A stretch of 64,000 nt of DNA, from the IMG/VR virus record IMGVR_UViG_3300009436_000023. One strand, 5' to 3'. Made by a program: the position numbers and the translations under genes. A model generated the notes under the pieces. The model saw nothing but the letters and a program-made list of their open reading frames with translations, had not been told where the DNA came from and ran no database searches. Within the stretch, counting starts at the first letter, position 1. The number at the start of each line of letters is the position of its first letter. Origin of the DNA: an uncultured virus (IMG/VR IMGVR_UViG_3300009436_000023). Its lineage: Duplodnaviria; Heunggongvirae; Uroviricota; Caudoviricetes. Shown piece by piece: positions 29,668 to 37,315 of this stretch.

Positions 29668-29748
29668 TGGTGTCAGTTAGGGAATTGAACCCTACCACCT
29701 TATGATATGACGCCTAGATATCTTCAAGGTTAGCAAACCTACACTGAC
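29668..29748 (-). ncRNA. aberrant tRNA-like RNA with encoded CCA
   Basis: Acceptor GTCAGT/ACTGAC plus A-CCA; T-arm TAGGG-TTCAATT-CCCTA; D-position hairpin AGGTT-TGCT-AACCT; anticodon-position stem GATAT/ATATC with a non-canonical 9-nt loop. Confidence 0.7.
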
Positions 29749-30024
29749 TTAGATGATCTGATAGATCACTGATAAACATTTAACTGTTACTGATATTAGA
29801 GCTAAACCAAATAAGAATGGCACTAAGAATGCAATTGAACCATCTTCTTTTCTACGTGTGAATGTTGCATATACAAGATATGAACCAAAGATAGATGTTG
29901 GTGTTGCTAAGATAAGTAACATTAATATTGTTGCTATTGTCCATTGAGACATTACCATAACAACTAATACAAATGATGATAGTAGATACAATCTTTCCAT
30001 ATTAAAACCTTTTAAACGAATCAT
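29749..30024 (-). CDS. hypothetical membrane protein (very hydrophobic, AT-rich; may start at MERLY)
   Basis: 91-aa ORF downstream of a consensus promoter; its stop abuts the tRNA-like RNA. Confidence 0.5.
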   Translation of the reverse strand: MIRLKGFNMERLYLLSSFVLVVMVMSQWTIATILMLLILATPTSIFGSYLVYATFTRRKEDGSIAFLVPFLFGLALISVTVKCLSVIYQII

Positions 30025-30028
30025 TTAT

Positions 30029-30076
30029 TATCATAAGGGTTAACCCTATTATACCATACTATTAAACACTTGTCAA
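30029..30076 (-). promoter_or_regulatory. consensus sigma70 promoter TTGACA-17-TATAAT followed by palindrome AGGGTTAACCCT
   Basis: Read directly; a 26-bp block is identical to 50826-50851. Confidence 0.8.
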
Positions 30077-30083
30077 GTCTTTT

Positions 30084-30494
30084 TTACTTGTAATTGATAA
30101 ATTTATCTGGGCTTTTGAAATTCTTTTTGCGCATAATTGTTTTCATAACAACATCGAATTCGTCTTTTCGTCTGTCGTATGTAACTGCAACTGGAATATT
30201 TAAATCTTTTTGGATGTCTTTAAGAACAGCTTCAGCACCTGCAACGTCTTTCAAAGACTTGCCTTTCTGTGCGTAAACTTTCTTGATGAACTCAGCCAAT
30301 TCCTTGAGTGTGATACAAGGTGTATTACGCTCATCACTCATACGATCACCAAAGTGACGTGTGAAGTTAAAGTCAATATCATACTTCTTAAAGAGTTGAT
30401 CAACAATCTTTTCGAATGCTTTGATTTGTTTCATGCCAATCAAGTCACATGATTTAGCTTCAGCTTCTGCCAAATGTTGTTTAAAATTTTTCAT
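30084..30494 (-). CDS. hypothetical protein with capsid-targeting-like N-terminus (MKNFKQHLAE)
   Basis: N-terminus resembles the T4 internal-protein CTS (MKTYQEFIAE); FTRHFGDRMSDERN and KTIMRKKNF motifs. Confidence 0.7.
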   Translation of the reverse strand: MKNFKQHLAEAEAKSCDLIGMKQIKAFEKIVDQLFKKYDIDFNFTRHFGDRMSDERNTPCITLKELAEFIKKVYAQKGKSLKDVAGAEAVLKDIQKDLNIPVAVTYDRRKDEFDVVMKTIMRKKNFKSPDKFINYK

Positions 30495-30512
30495 TTTTGT
30501 CTTCCTTGGTTG

Positions 30513-30707
30513 TTAGCCATCATACCATTCTTCGTATGGCATAGTGATTTCCTCGCCAGTCAACACATAATGTAATTCGTTCTCATAGACTTGCTTGATC
30601 TTCTCGCATGTTTCTGCGGTAGACATTTTACCATTTGCTTTGTGCTGAGCAATCAAAGGGATCATCTCGGCAATCATTTCTTCTAGTTCTTCTGGTGTAT
30701 GGCTCAT
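30513..30707 (-). CDS. hypothetical protein
   Basis: 64 aa; promoter-like TTGACA-17-TAGTTA upstream. Confidence 0.65.
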   Translation of the reverse strand: MSHTPEELEEMIAEMIPLIAQHKANGKMSTAETCEKIKQVYENELHYVLTGEEITMPYEEWYDG

Positions 30708-30773
30708 AGTATTTACTTTCTTAGTGATTCTGTTTACTCATCATAACTAAACTATGCAACAATGATTGTCAAG

Positions 30774-31217
30774 TTATTTATTTTGATTACTTCTATTATA
30801 TACCTTTGGGTATTTGTTCGTGGCGTCGAGAAGTTTTTTCATATCAACATTTGCTTGCATGACATTAATATTCTTTCCAACATTCTTATAAGCAATCCAT
30901 CTGTGATGTCCATCCACAATGTAATTATCTTTTGATATGATAATAGATTTGTCTTTCGCCCCAGGGACAAGTGATGCCATTTTGGACAATGATCGTTCGA
31001 CACCTTGAATATTAAATTCTCTTTGAATAGGCAAAAGCTTATTTGGGTCAATAGTCTTTGCTTTGAAAACAATTCCCATTTTCTCTAAGTATTTTATGTA
31101 ATCTGGGTAATCATCTGCCTTAACTTGTGGCATGTTAATTCTAGCAATCCCCAAGCCAGAGCCTTTTGGTGGCATCCAAACTTTTAGTTCTGACAAATGT
31201 GTTTTAAAACTTTTCAC
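30774..31217 (-). CDS. ParB/sulfiredoxin-like domain protein with CTS-like N-terminus
   Basis: RINMPQV, L.PIQREFN and IIISKDNYIVDGHHRW motifs; probable GTG start giving (M)KSFKTHLSE. Confidence 0.7.
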   Translation of the reverse strand: MKSFKTHLSELKVWMPPKGSGLGIARINMPQVKADDYPDYIKYLEKMGIVFKAKTIDPNKLLPIQREFNIQGVERSLSKMASLVPGAKDKSIIISKDNYIVDGHHRWIAYKNVGKNINVMQANVDMKKLLDATNKYPKVYNRSNQNK

Positions 31218-31219
31218 TG

Positions 31220-32197
31220 TTATTTCCAAATCTCTGGGTTAGGCACATACGATTTAATCTTTCTGATAATATCAGTTGCTAAATTCTTCACTGATGTTAC
31301 CTTTTTGCCTTTGCGCTTTAGGTAAACGTATTCAGCATCTTTCAAATACTGTCCTGTAGAACCCGCACCAACTTTCTTAAGTCCACGTTTTGTCTGTACT
31401 GGCATGTTAGCGCCTTGTACTTTACCTTTTGATTTTTTATCTTTAACTTTAATGCCTGTTGCCAATTCGTTATCGACTTTAACTTTATTGAAAGCAATAA
31501 CGATCTCGCCATCAAGGTATCTGCCAATGCCTTCGCCCATAGAGACAAGCTTCTGCATGGATAGGGACGCACCCGCGTGAGAAGCCCTCAGCAAGTCCTC
31601 TGGGGCTGTTCTGGGACGTGCTTGGTTCTGTGCAGATGCCACCTCAACGTCATTAACAACCCACACAATGTGGATGTTAGACTTGTCGTATCCAAGTGGT
31701 AGGATTGCATCAATAGTCTTATCAAGCTTATCAAACTTTTGTAAACTGAAATCAAAAATGATATTTGGTTTACGATCTTGAGGGGCAGTCGTAACAGATT
31801 TATATAATGCCTCTAACCTACGATCACCAATCTTTAATTCTTTACCAATGAGGTTATGCAATATAGTTGCATTTTTTGGGTTCATATCTTTGGCTAATTC
31901 GGGAACGTCTCTTCCAAATTCTTGCTTAATCTTAGCCACTAAAATCGGTGCAGATGCAACCAACGGTTTTAGTGCATCAGGGTCGAATGAATATCCATCA
32001 ACGCCAATAAGATTGCTCTTTACAAAACCTTTACCAGAAGCCATGCCACCCGCAAGAATAACAACATTACCATATTTCGGGGAAGTCTTTCCACCAAAGG
32101 TAATCATCTTTTCCATCAAAATGTCATACTGTTCAGATAGATATTGTTCAGTGATTAAGGTTTCTTCTTCGATCATAAAGCTTTTAAAGTTTAGCAT
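31220..32197 (-). CDS. P-loop kinase-like protein (AAA_33/zeta-like) with CTS-like N-terminus
   Basis: VVILAGGMASGKG Walker A, NIIFD Walker B, A..QN.ARPR lid; N-terminus MLNFKSFMIEE. Confidence 0.7.
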   Translation of the reverse strand: MLNFKSFMIEEETLITEQYLSEQYDILMEKMITFGGKTSPKYGNVVILAGGMASGKGFVKSNLIGVDGYSFDPDALKPLVASAPILVAKIKQEFGRDVPELAKDMNPKNATILHNLIGKELKIGDRRLEALYKSVTTAPQDRKPNIIFDFSLQKFDKLDKTIDAILPLGYDKSNIHIVWVVNDVEVASAQNQARPRTAPEDLLRASHAGASLSMQKLVSMGEGIGRYLDGEIVIAFNKVKVDNELATGIKVKDKKSKGKVQGANMPVQTKRGLKKVGAGSTGQYLKDAEYVYLKRKGKKVTSVKNLATDIIRKIKSYVPNPEIWK

Positions 32198-32229
32198 GCC
32201 ATCCTCATGTGTTCTATTTGGTATAGTGT

Positions 32230-32237
32230 TATTTATA
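32230..32237 (-). promoter_or_regulatory. T4 late promoter TATAAATA upstream of the P-loop/ParB genes
   Basis: Exact match, 33 nt upstream of the ATG at 32197. Confidence 0.75.
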
Positions 32238-32264
32238 CAAATAGAACACGTCGAGGGAGAATTT

Positions 32265-32699
32265 CTAAGCCGCCATAGCTTCTTCTTGAATACAAACGTA
32301 AGGCTTGTTCCACTTACCGATGTTGATGTCTAGGTAAAAATCAACGTGGTGATAATCTGACATCATGTCTGAATGATCAAACCATTCGTCACCTTTCATA
32401 GCTACTACAAGCTCAGTCAAGAAGTCACTAGCCGCACCTTCGTAGTGATCACTAATCCAATGTGTATTAACTTGGATATAGTTACTAGTGTTCTCATAAT
32501 AAGTACGACCAGTTCTTTCACATTCTTTTTTCGTCTCTGCATTTCGAACACCAACAAAATCAAAAGGCGAAGAAGAAATGTTAACCACTAAAGAAGAGTG
32601 ATGTTTGATAGCAATAGTACCTTTAGCACCATACTTTTTAAGAACAGCTTTGATATTAGGAGCTAACTGCTTTTTACGTTCTTGTGAAATATAAGCCAT
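32265..32699 (-). CDS. hypothetical early protein
   Basis: 144 aa; own GATTC-type promoter at 32731-32759. Confidence 0.8.
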   Translation of the reverse strand: MAYISQERKKQLAPNIKAVLKKYGAKGTIAIKHHSSLVVNISSSPFDFVGVRNAETKKECERTGRTYYENTSNYIQVNTHWISDHYEGAASDFLTELVVAMKGDEWFDHSDMMSDYHHVDFYLDINIGKWNKPYVCIQEEAMAA

Positions 32700-32730
32700 G
32701 ATTTTGTCTCTTTCTTTTTGTTACTCTTAT

Positions 32731-32759
32731 GTTATAGAATCAAATTAACTTAGTGTCAA
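32731..32759 (-). promoter_or_regulatory. early promoter TTGACA-17(..GATTC)-TATAAC
   Basis: TTGACA CTAAGTTAATTTGATTC TATAAC. Confidence 0.8.
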
Positions 32760-32768
32760 CCCTTTATT

Positions 32769-33080
32769 TTAAAGATTGGCAATTTTTTCTACACCACGAT
32801 TAAGATCACGTACATTCCAATCAGCGCCAACAATAAATTCGTGACCAACAAATTCTTCTTCTGCATCACGCAATTCAATCATAGCGGCGACTAACTCATC
32901 AGTGTTAGTGATGTCGTACTCAGCAACGTTGCCCCACGCACGAGACGCCCAATGAGGATCAGCTAACATTGTCACAGTACGCATCATTGCACATTTCTTA
33001 TCTGTGATTGCAGAGCGTACAGGATTAAATGACATTTCGATTTGCTTAAGAGCATGATCCATTGCGGCAGAATTTGACAT
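32769..33080 (-). CDS. hypothetical protein
   Basis: Likely start MSNSAA; own promoter. Confidence 0.7.
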   Translation of the reverse strand: MSNSAAMDHALKQIEMSFNPVRSAITDKKCAMMRTVTMLADPHWASRAWGNVAEYDITNTDELVAAMIELRDAEEEFVGHEFIVGADWNVRDLNRGVEKIANL

Positions 33081-33113
33081 TTGATATCTCACTTTTGTTT
33101 TGATTACATATAA

Positions 33114-33142
33114 CTTATAGAATCAACGGTGGTTGCTGTCAA
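33114..33142 (-). promoter_or_regulatory. early promoter TTGACA-17(..GATTC)-TATAAG
   Basis: TTGACA GCAACCACCGTTGATTC TATAAG. Confidence 0.8.
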
Positions 33143-33145
33143 GAA

Positions 33146-33499
33146 CTATTTCTTCCAAACAGCAACAAAACCAAACATTCTTCTTTTGTCTTTTTTTCTA
33201 GGATCGGTATCGACAACAGTGTTACCGTCTCTATCAATCACTAATACATGACCATCAACTCTTGCAACAAACGCAATGATATCTTTATCTTTAGAGGCGA
33301 TTTTTCTGATCTTTGGTCTAGCGGCTCCAACAGTGGTTGCGCTACCTAAAGCAGACAAACGACTACGAACAGCAAAGCCATTACGACGTAAGGTATTGTC
33401 CCAAACGTTCTTACCTGTTCTGTCGTTCCACGTAGTGCCTGACACACCGAAGAAGTTCAAAGTAGCACTGGCACATGGGGTTTTTACTAAAACAGTCAT
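33146..33499 (-). CDS. hypothetical basic protein
   Basis: 117 aa; own promoter. Confidence 0.7.
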   Translation of the reverse strand: MTVLVKTPCASATLNFFGVSGTTWNDRTGKNVWDNTLRRNGFAVRSRLSALGSATTVGAARPKIRKIASKDKDIIAFVARVDGHVLVIDRDGNTVVDTDPRKKDKRRMFGFVAVWKK

Positions 33500-33529
33500 T
33501 GATTCGTCTCTTTCTCTTGATTACACTTA

Positions 33530-33565
33530 TTATTACCAAAAGAAGAAAGCCCAGTCAAGGGCTTT
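33530..33565 (-). promoter_or_regulatory. promoter TTGACT-17-TAATAA with the -35 in a terminator-like hairpin loop
   Basis: AAAGCCC-TTGACT-GGGCTTT-CTTCTTTT. Confidence 0.7.
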
Positions 33566-33572
33566 TTTGTTT

Positions 33573-33863
33573 TTAAATCATGTTTTTCATGATCTCTGCG
33601 ATTTCATTATCTTCAACCAAACGTTCGAGATAAGTAACAACTTTGACCAACTGGTCTTTTGCGCTGTCAAGATCGTGTGTGGCGTCAGCAAGAGCATCTT
33701 GGAGATGATTAATCTTTTGCTCATTTTCATCATCCATACCGTCATACAGATCGATATTATCATTGCTACGCTGTGACTCACGCTTCGCGGCTTCGAGATT
33801 AGAAATTACAGTATCAACGTCAGAAGTGATTGCTTCAAGTTCAATTTTCATTTCATCATTCAT
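33573..33863 (-). CDS. hypothetical acidic coiled-coil protein
   Basis: 96 aa; AAGGA Shine-Dalgarno; promoter at 33891-33919. Confidence 0.75.
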   Translation of the reverse strand: MNDEMKIELEAITSDVDTVISNLEAAKRESQRSNDNIDLYDGMDDENEQKINHLQDALADATHDLDSAKDQLVKVVTYLERLVEDNEIAEIMKNMI

Positions 33864-33915
33864 AACTTATCCTTTCAAGGTTACTCTTACTGTTTAGCGA
33901 ATCGTGGTGGGGTTG

Positions 33916-34113
33916 TCAACTCTTTTTTTGGTTTTTTTGGTAACCACCACAATCATTTGAAAAGTCTGATAGGGCAATTGGTGCATAATCAAGTCCAAAT
34001 GACTCTGCCCAAGCGTCTGCTTCTGCACTTACTTGTGGTGAAAAGTTTCTATGACATTGTGTGTTTGTGCAATCGCTGTTGCAAAATGTTTTATCTTTAT
34101 AACAAAAAGCCAT
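33916..34113 (-). CDS. small Cys-rich hypothetical protein
   Basis: Likely start MAFCYKDKTFCNSDCTNTQCHR, just after the upstream stop. Confidence 0.65.
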   Translation of the reverse strand: MAFCYKDKTFCNSDCTNTQCHRNFSPQVSAEADAWAESFGLDYAPIALSDFSNDCGGYQKNQKKS

Positions 34114-34114
34114 A

Positions 34115-34480
34115 TTATGATCCTGTTGTGAGCCAAAGTGAACCGTCTTCTTGCATCTCAAAGTTTTCAATGTAAGCGTGATGCGTACCACTTAGTTTGA
34201 TGCAAGTTTCAGCGGCTTTCCACAATGCTTTGATTGTACCGTTCTCAGCCCAAGCAGTAACTTCGATGGTAGTGCGCTTACCACGATCTTTGATGTCTGC
34301 CATCAAGTCTTCTTGCGAAGCATTAGGATCGACAGTTTCGTAAACAACCTTACGTGCTTTGTTGGTAAGAATTGCGTGATCTGAATCTTTAAGACCAACA
34401 TCATAGATGCTCCAAACAGTATTCATGTTCAGTTCATCTTTCATTGCGAAGAAGTGGTTCATTGTGGTTTCAAAAGACAT
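34115..34480 (-). CDS. hypothetical protein
   Basis: 121 aa; promoter at 34513-34541. Confidence 0.75.
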   Translation of the reverse strand: MSFETTMNHFFAMKDELNMNTVWSIYDVGLKDSDHAILTNKARKVVYETVDPNASQEDLMADIKDRGKRTTIEVTAWAENGTIKALWKAAETCIKLSGTHHAYIENFEMQEDGSLWLTTGS

Positions 34481-34512
34481 TCTATTCTCACTTTCGTTTT
34501 GATTACATATTA

Positions 34513-34541
34513 CTTATAGAATCAATTTAAATGGTTGTCAA
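34513..34541 (-). promoter_or_regulatory. early promoter TTGACA-17(..GATTC)-TATAAG
   Basis: TTGACA ACCATTTAAATTGATTC TATAAG. Confidence 0.8.
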
Positions 34542-34759
34542 CAACTTTCTTCATCTTTTTCCAAAGAATGTACATCGTGTCCATATGACCAATGACCATT
34601 ATCAAGATCAAAGATGCAGTTATCTTTCATCCCAATAGGAATTGATTTGACATCAACACCATACTTATTGCCTTGGTAAATATCTGGGACAATCTCAATC
34701 ACAGTTACATTAGCGTATCCATGACGACTACTAAAAACCATATCACCTACATTAATCAT
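34538..34759 (-). CDS. hypothetical protein
   Basis: Likely start MINVGDMV. Confidence 0.65.
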   Translation of the reverse strand: MINVGDMVFSSRHGYANVTVIEIVPDIYQGNKYGVDVKSIPIGMKDNCIFDLDNGHWSYGHDVHSLEKDEESC

Positions 34760-34784
34760 AATTTCAACTTTCTCTTTGTTACCT

Positions 34785-35018
34785 TTATTGTAGGTAAGCA
34801 ACTGTTAATTCGCTGAGAACCATACTTTCCATCAGTGAATCAAAAACTTGGTTAAATTCTGCAACAGTAAGTTTTCTGCCCTCATGCTCTTGGATGATGT
34901 CGATTTTCCCTAAGATAACCGCCCCCGCCCAATCGGTAGCCTCATCTTGAGTATCAAAGATGCGAACTTCTGGCTCAGACGTATCGGCTATTTTTAAAGA
35001 AACTTTATATTTTTTCAT
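34785..35018 (-). CDS. hypothetical protein, paralog of 35074-35301
   Basis: Shares YKV....A...EPEVR.FDT.DEATDW with the upstream gene. Confidence 0.75.
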   Translation of the reverse strand: MKKYKVSLKIADTSEPEVRIFDTQDEATDWAGAVILGKIDIIQEHEGRKLTVAEFNQVFDSLMESMVLSELTVAYLQ

Positions 35019-35255
35019 TTTATCTATCCTTTTGTTTGTTACCTTTAGTTTATGCCATATTGATTCGATGTTGTCAAGAGAAAACTTCTTCGAAACGCAT
35101 TAAAGACATTACGTCATCACGAACTTCGCAAATTTCTCGAACGGTAAGGTTTCCATTCGCATCATCTTGCGCAAAATCAATCTGCTCTTGGATGCACTCA
35201 TCAATCCAATCGGTAGCCTCATCATGAGTATCAAAGGTGCGAACTTCTGGCTCAG
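34929..35255. repeat. 50-bp direct repeat (34929-34978 and 35206-35255, 2 mismatches) inside tandem paralogs
   Basis: CCAATCGGTAGCCTCATC(T/A)TGAGTATCAAAG(A/G)TGCGAACTTCTGGCTCAG. Confidence 0.9.
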
Positions 35256-35301
35256 CCAAAGCGGCTATAGCATAAGTAACTTTATATTGAACATCACGCA
35301 T
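35074..35301 (-). CDS. hypothetical protein, paralog of 34785-35018
   Basis: Shared protein motif and DNA repeat. Confidence 0.75.
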   Translation of the reverse strand: MRDVQYKVTYAIAALAEPEVRTFDTHDEATDWIDECIQEQIDFAQDDANGNLTVREICEVRDDVMSLMRFEEVFS

Positions 35302-35305
35302 ATTA

Positions 35306-35443
35306 TTAACCTTTCAATCCGTTAGTAAGACCCATCATCTCACAATACTCAGGGAACTTTTCCCACAATTCAGCGATGACTACAGACTTATCTGTGCCTT
35401 CAGTCATATAAGCTTTTTTAAGAAGTGTTTCGAATTCTTGCAT
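35306..35443 (-). CDS. small hypothetical protein (45 aa, MQEFETLLKKAY...)
   Basis: Read manually; GAGGT Shine-Dalgarno; directly behind the promoter at 35469-35497. Confidence 0.65.
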   Translation of the reverse strand: MQEFETLLKKAYMTEGTDKSVVIAELWEKFPEYCEMMGLTNGLKG

Positions 35444-35468
35444 AACGTACCTCATTGTTTATTGGTAT

Positions 35469-35502
35469 GTTATAGAATCAAAAAAGGGGGCTGTCAACCC
35501 CC
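35469..35502 (-). promoter_or_regulatory. combined terminator and early promoter: GGGGG-TTGACAG-CCCCC-TTTTTT-GATTC-TATAAC
   Basis: Hairpin plus U-tract after the upstream gene; -35 in the loop; 17-nt spacer. Confidence 0.85.
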
Positions 35503-35510
35503 TTTAGATA

Positions 35511-35732
35511 TTAATCTTTTTTAGATACAAAAGAATACAACTCTTTAGCGTTTTCCATCAAATCAGCCATAGAATACATCTTATAGGTTTCTTTGACTTC
35601 TTCCATGGTTTGTTTGCCTTGCTCCACCATTTTCTCTGTGAACTGGATATTCATATGGTATTGCTGATCCATATAATCTTTGGCAAGTTGAAGCATTTCT
35701 GCACGAATTTCAAATGGGTTTTTGTTAGACAT
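35511..35732 (-). CDS. conserved T4-like hypothetical protein (NPFEIRAEMLQLAKDY)
   Basis: 73 aa; AAGGAG Shine-Dalgarno. Confidence 0.8.
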   Translation of the reverse strand: MSNKNPFEIRAEMLQLAKDYMDQQYHMNIQFTEKMVEQGKQTMEEVKETYKMYSMADLMENAKELYSFVSKKD

Positions 35733-35801
35733 AATAGTCTCCTTTGTGTGTATGTGTGTTGTTACTTAATGTAACGTTTTATTTATCCACGCCAAAACTC
35801 C

Positions 35802-36173
35802 TTATGTTGGATTAAAAACATCTTCTGGTATACTGGACATTTTCTTTGTTGTGAAAAAGCCGATGTACTCTGGATACTTGATCATAAACAAACGTGCAAA
35901 CAATGCTACGTAATTGTTAGAAATCTTATACTTGTCGCCAGTAGTAACAACATCAGTTTCCCAACGTACACGATTAATAATCAACCAACCACTGAGTTGT
36001 GTGTGACCTGCTCTGATTGCTTCTTTAGTAAACTGTTCAAACAGTTCGAAAAACGCAGGGTTTTCTCTGTGCCAGATAAACCACTTTCGACCAAGTGGGT
36101 TTTGCATCATCTGATTGCAGTAATCTTCTTCACTAATTTCTACGAGTGTGTCGTATGGATTCGCAGTAGCCAT
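35802..36173 (-). CDS. hypothetical protein
   Basis: 123 aa; AGGAG Shine-Dalgarno. Confidence 0.8.
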   Translation of the reverse strand: MATANPYDTLVEISEEDYCNQMMQNPLGRKWFIWHRENPAFFELFEQFTKEAIRAGHTQLSGWLIINRVRWETDVVTTGDKYKISNNYVALFARLFMIKYPEYIGFFTTKKMSSIPEDVFNPT

Positions 36174-36187
36174 AATATAATCTCCTA

Positions 36188-36412
36188 TTAGGATTTTTTG
36201 TTAGCTTTGTTCTTCTTCCAATGGTAAACAATGTCTTCTTCATCTGTGCGAGTATTGTAGTCACACACTTCAACTTTGTTTTCCTTCTTAGCAAGCCATT
36301 GCTGAATTAGAATTTGGTCAGCGTTATCCGCTTGCTCATCTTCTAACCGTTCGATTTCTGCGCTCGACATAGGAGCCGAACGCAGATTAGTTTTGGTTTT
36401 ACTTTTTACCAT
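36188..36412 (-). CDS. hypothetical protein
   Basis: 74 aa, overlapping the upstream stop. Confidence 0.7.
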   Translation of the reverse strand: MVKSKTKTNLRSAPMSSAEIERLEDEQADNADQILIQQWLAKKENKVEVCDYNTRTDEEDIVYHWKKNKANKKS

Positions 36413-37178
36413 AAGTTGTTTTTAGCCTTTCTTGTGAAACAAATTCTGGCTCATACATGCCATTCTCGATTTCACGTTTAATAACAACGCCAGACCACCA
36501 TTCTTTGTTCATCTGACCTGCCCAACCTTCGGGTGCGCCCTTGTAACAACCTGCAACTAAGCCGATTGCTCCGTATGGATGTACATCATCTCGAATTTTC
36601 ATGTCACGTTTATGACTATGACCACAAGTTGCACTACCAAAACGTTTAGCTAAAATGCCAGCAGCGTGGTTTACACCAGACATTGGGCGATAGCCATTAG
36701 TAAAGAAATGTGCATAACTTACGCCATCATAATCATGAATGGCTGGTGCGTCATGTTCGTACTCGTGATATTCATCAAACCAATTATCTGTACCAAGATG
36801 CTTAAAAGAAATACCGTACTTCTCCCCTTCGATGCGAGGGTCCATTGCGATAGCTCTTCTAATCCTAGTCTCGTGATTGCCTTCAAATCCGTAATATGCA
36901 GGACGTTTGCGTTTATTAGCTTTAAACTTAATACGCATACGATCCATTGCTTCGTTGTAGCATTCAATGTCTGCTTCATAGCTTTGGCTTACGAAATTCT
37001 TCGGAGCCTTGGCTGAATCAAAACTGTTCAGTGACCTCATATCTGCACCGTCACCTAAATCTACAACGTAGTCAGGTTTTACGTCCCAGATTAATTCGCC
37101 CAACCAATCAAATCGCTCGTTGCTAACTTGAGGGTCACTATGGGCGCATGAAAACACAACTGCTGTTTTACCTGCCAT
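36399..37178 (-). CDS. calcineurin-like metallophosphoesterase
   Basis: CAH (degenerate DxH), DLGDGAD, EGNHE, SYAH and CGHSH motifs. Confidence 0.85.
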   Translation of the reverse strand: MAGKTAVVFSCAHSDPQVSNERFDWLGELIWDVKPDYVVDLGDGADMRSLNSFDSAKAPKNFVSQSYEADIECYNEAMDRMRIKFKANKRKRPAYYGFEGNHETRIRRAIAMDPRIEGEKYGISFKHLGTDNWFDEYHEYEHDAPAIHDYDGVSYAHFFTNGYRPMSGVNHAAGILAKRFGSATCGHSHKRDMKIRDDVHPYGAIGLVAGCYKGAPEGWAGQMNKEWWSGVVIKREIENGMYEPEFVSQERLKTTYGKK

Positions 37179-37270
37179 TAGTGTTAATCTCCTTACATAA
37201 TTTAAATGTACCTATATTATATCATAATGACTATAATCTGTCAAGTAAATATGGTATTAGCACATATTAT

Positions 37271-37300
37271 AAAAAAATGGGAAGGCGGTTGCCTCCCCAC
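37271..37300 (-). terminator. intrinsic terminator after hsp20
   Basis: TGGGGAGGC-AACC-GCCTTCCCA-TTTTTTT. Confidence 0.85.
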
Positions 37301-37315
37301 TTGATGCTTAGGACA

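Noticed and set aside
34929..35255. Diversity-generating retroelement template/variable repeat pair
   Set aside because: Only 50 bp with two mismatches, both copies are mid-gene in paralogs, and no reverse transcriptase is in the window
28900..35500. CRISPR-like array suggested by recurring TTATAGAATC...TGTCAA
   Set aside because: Copies are hundreds of bp apart, separated by ORFs, and are explained as sigma70 promoters; no cas genes
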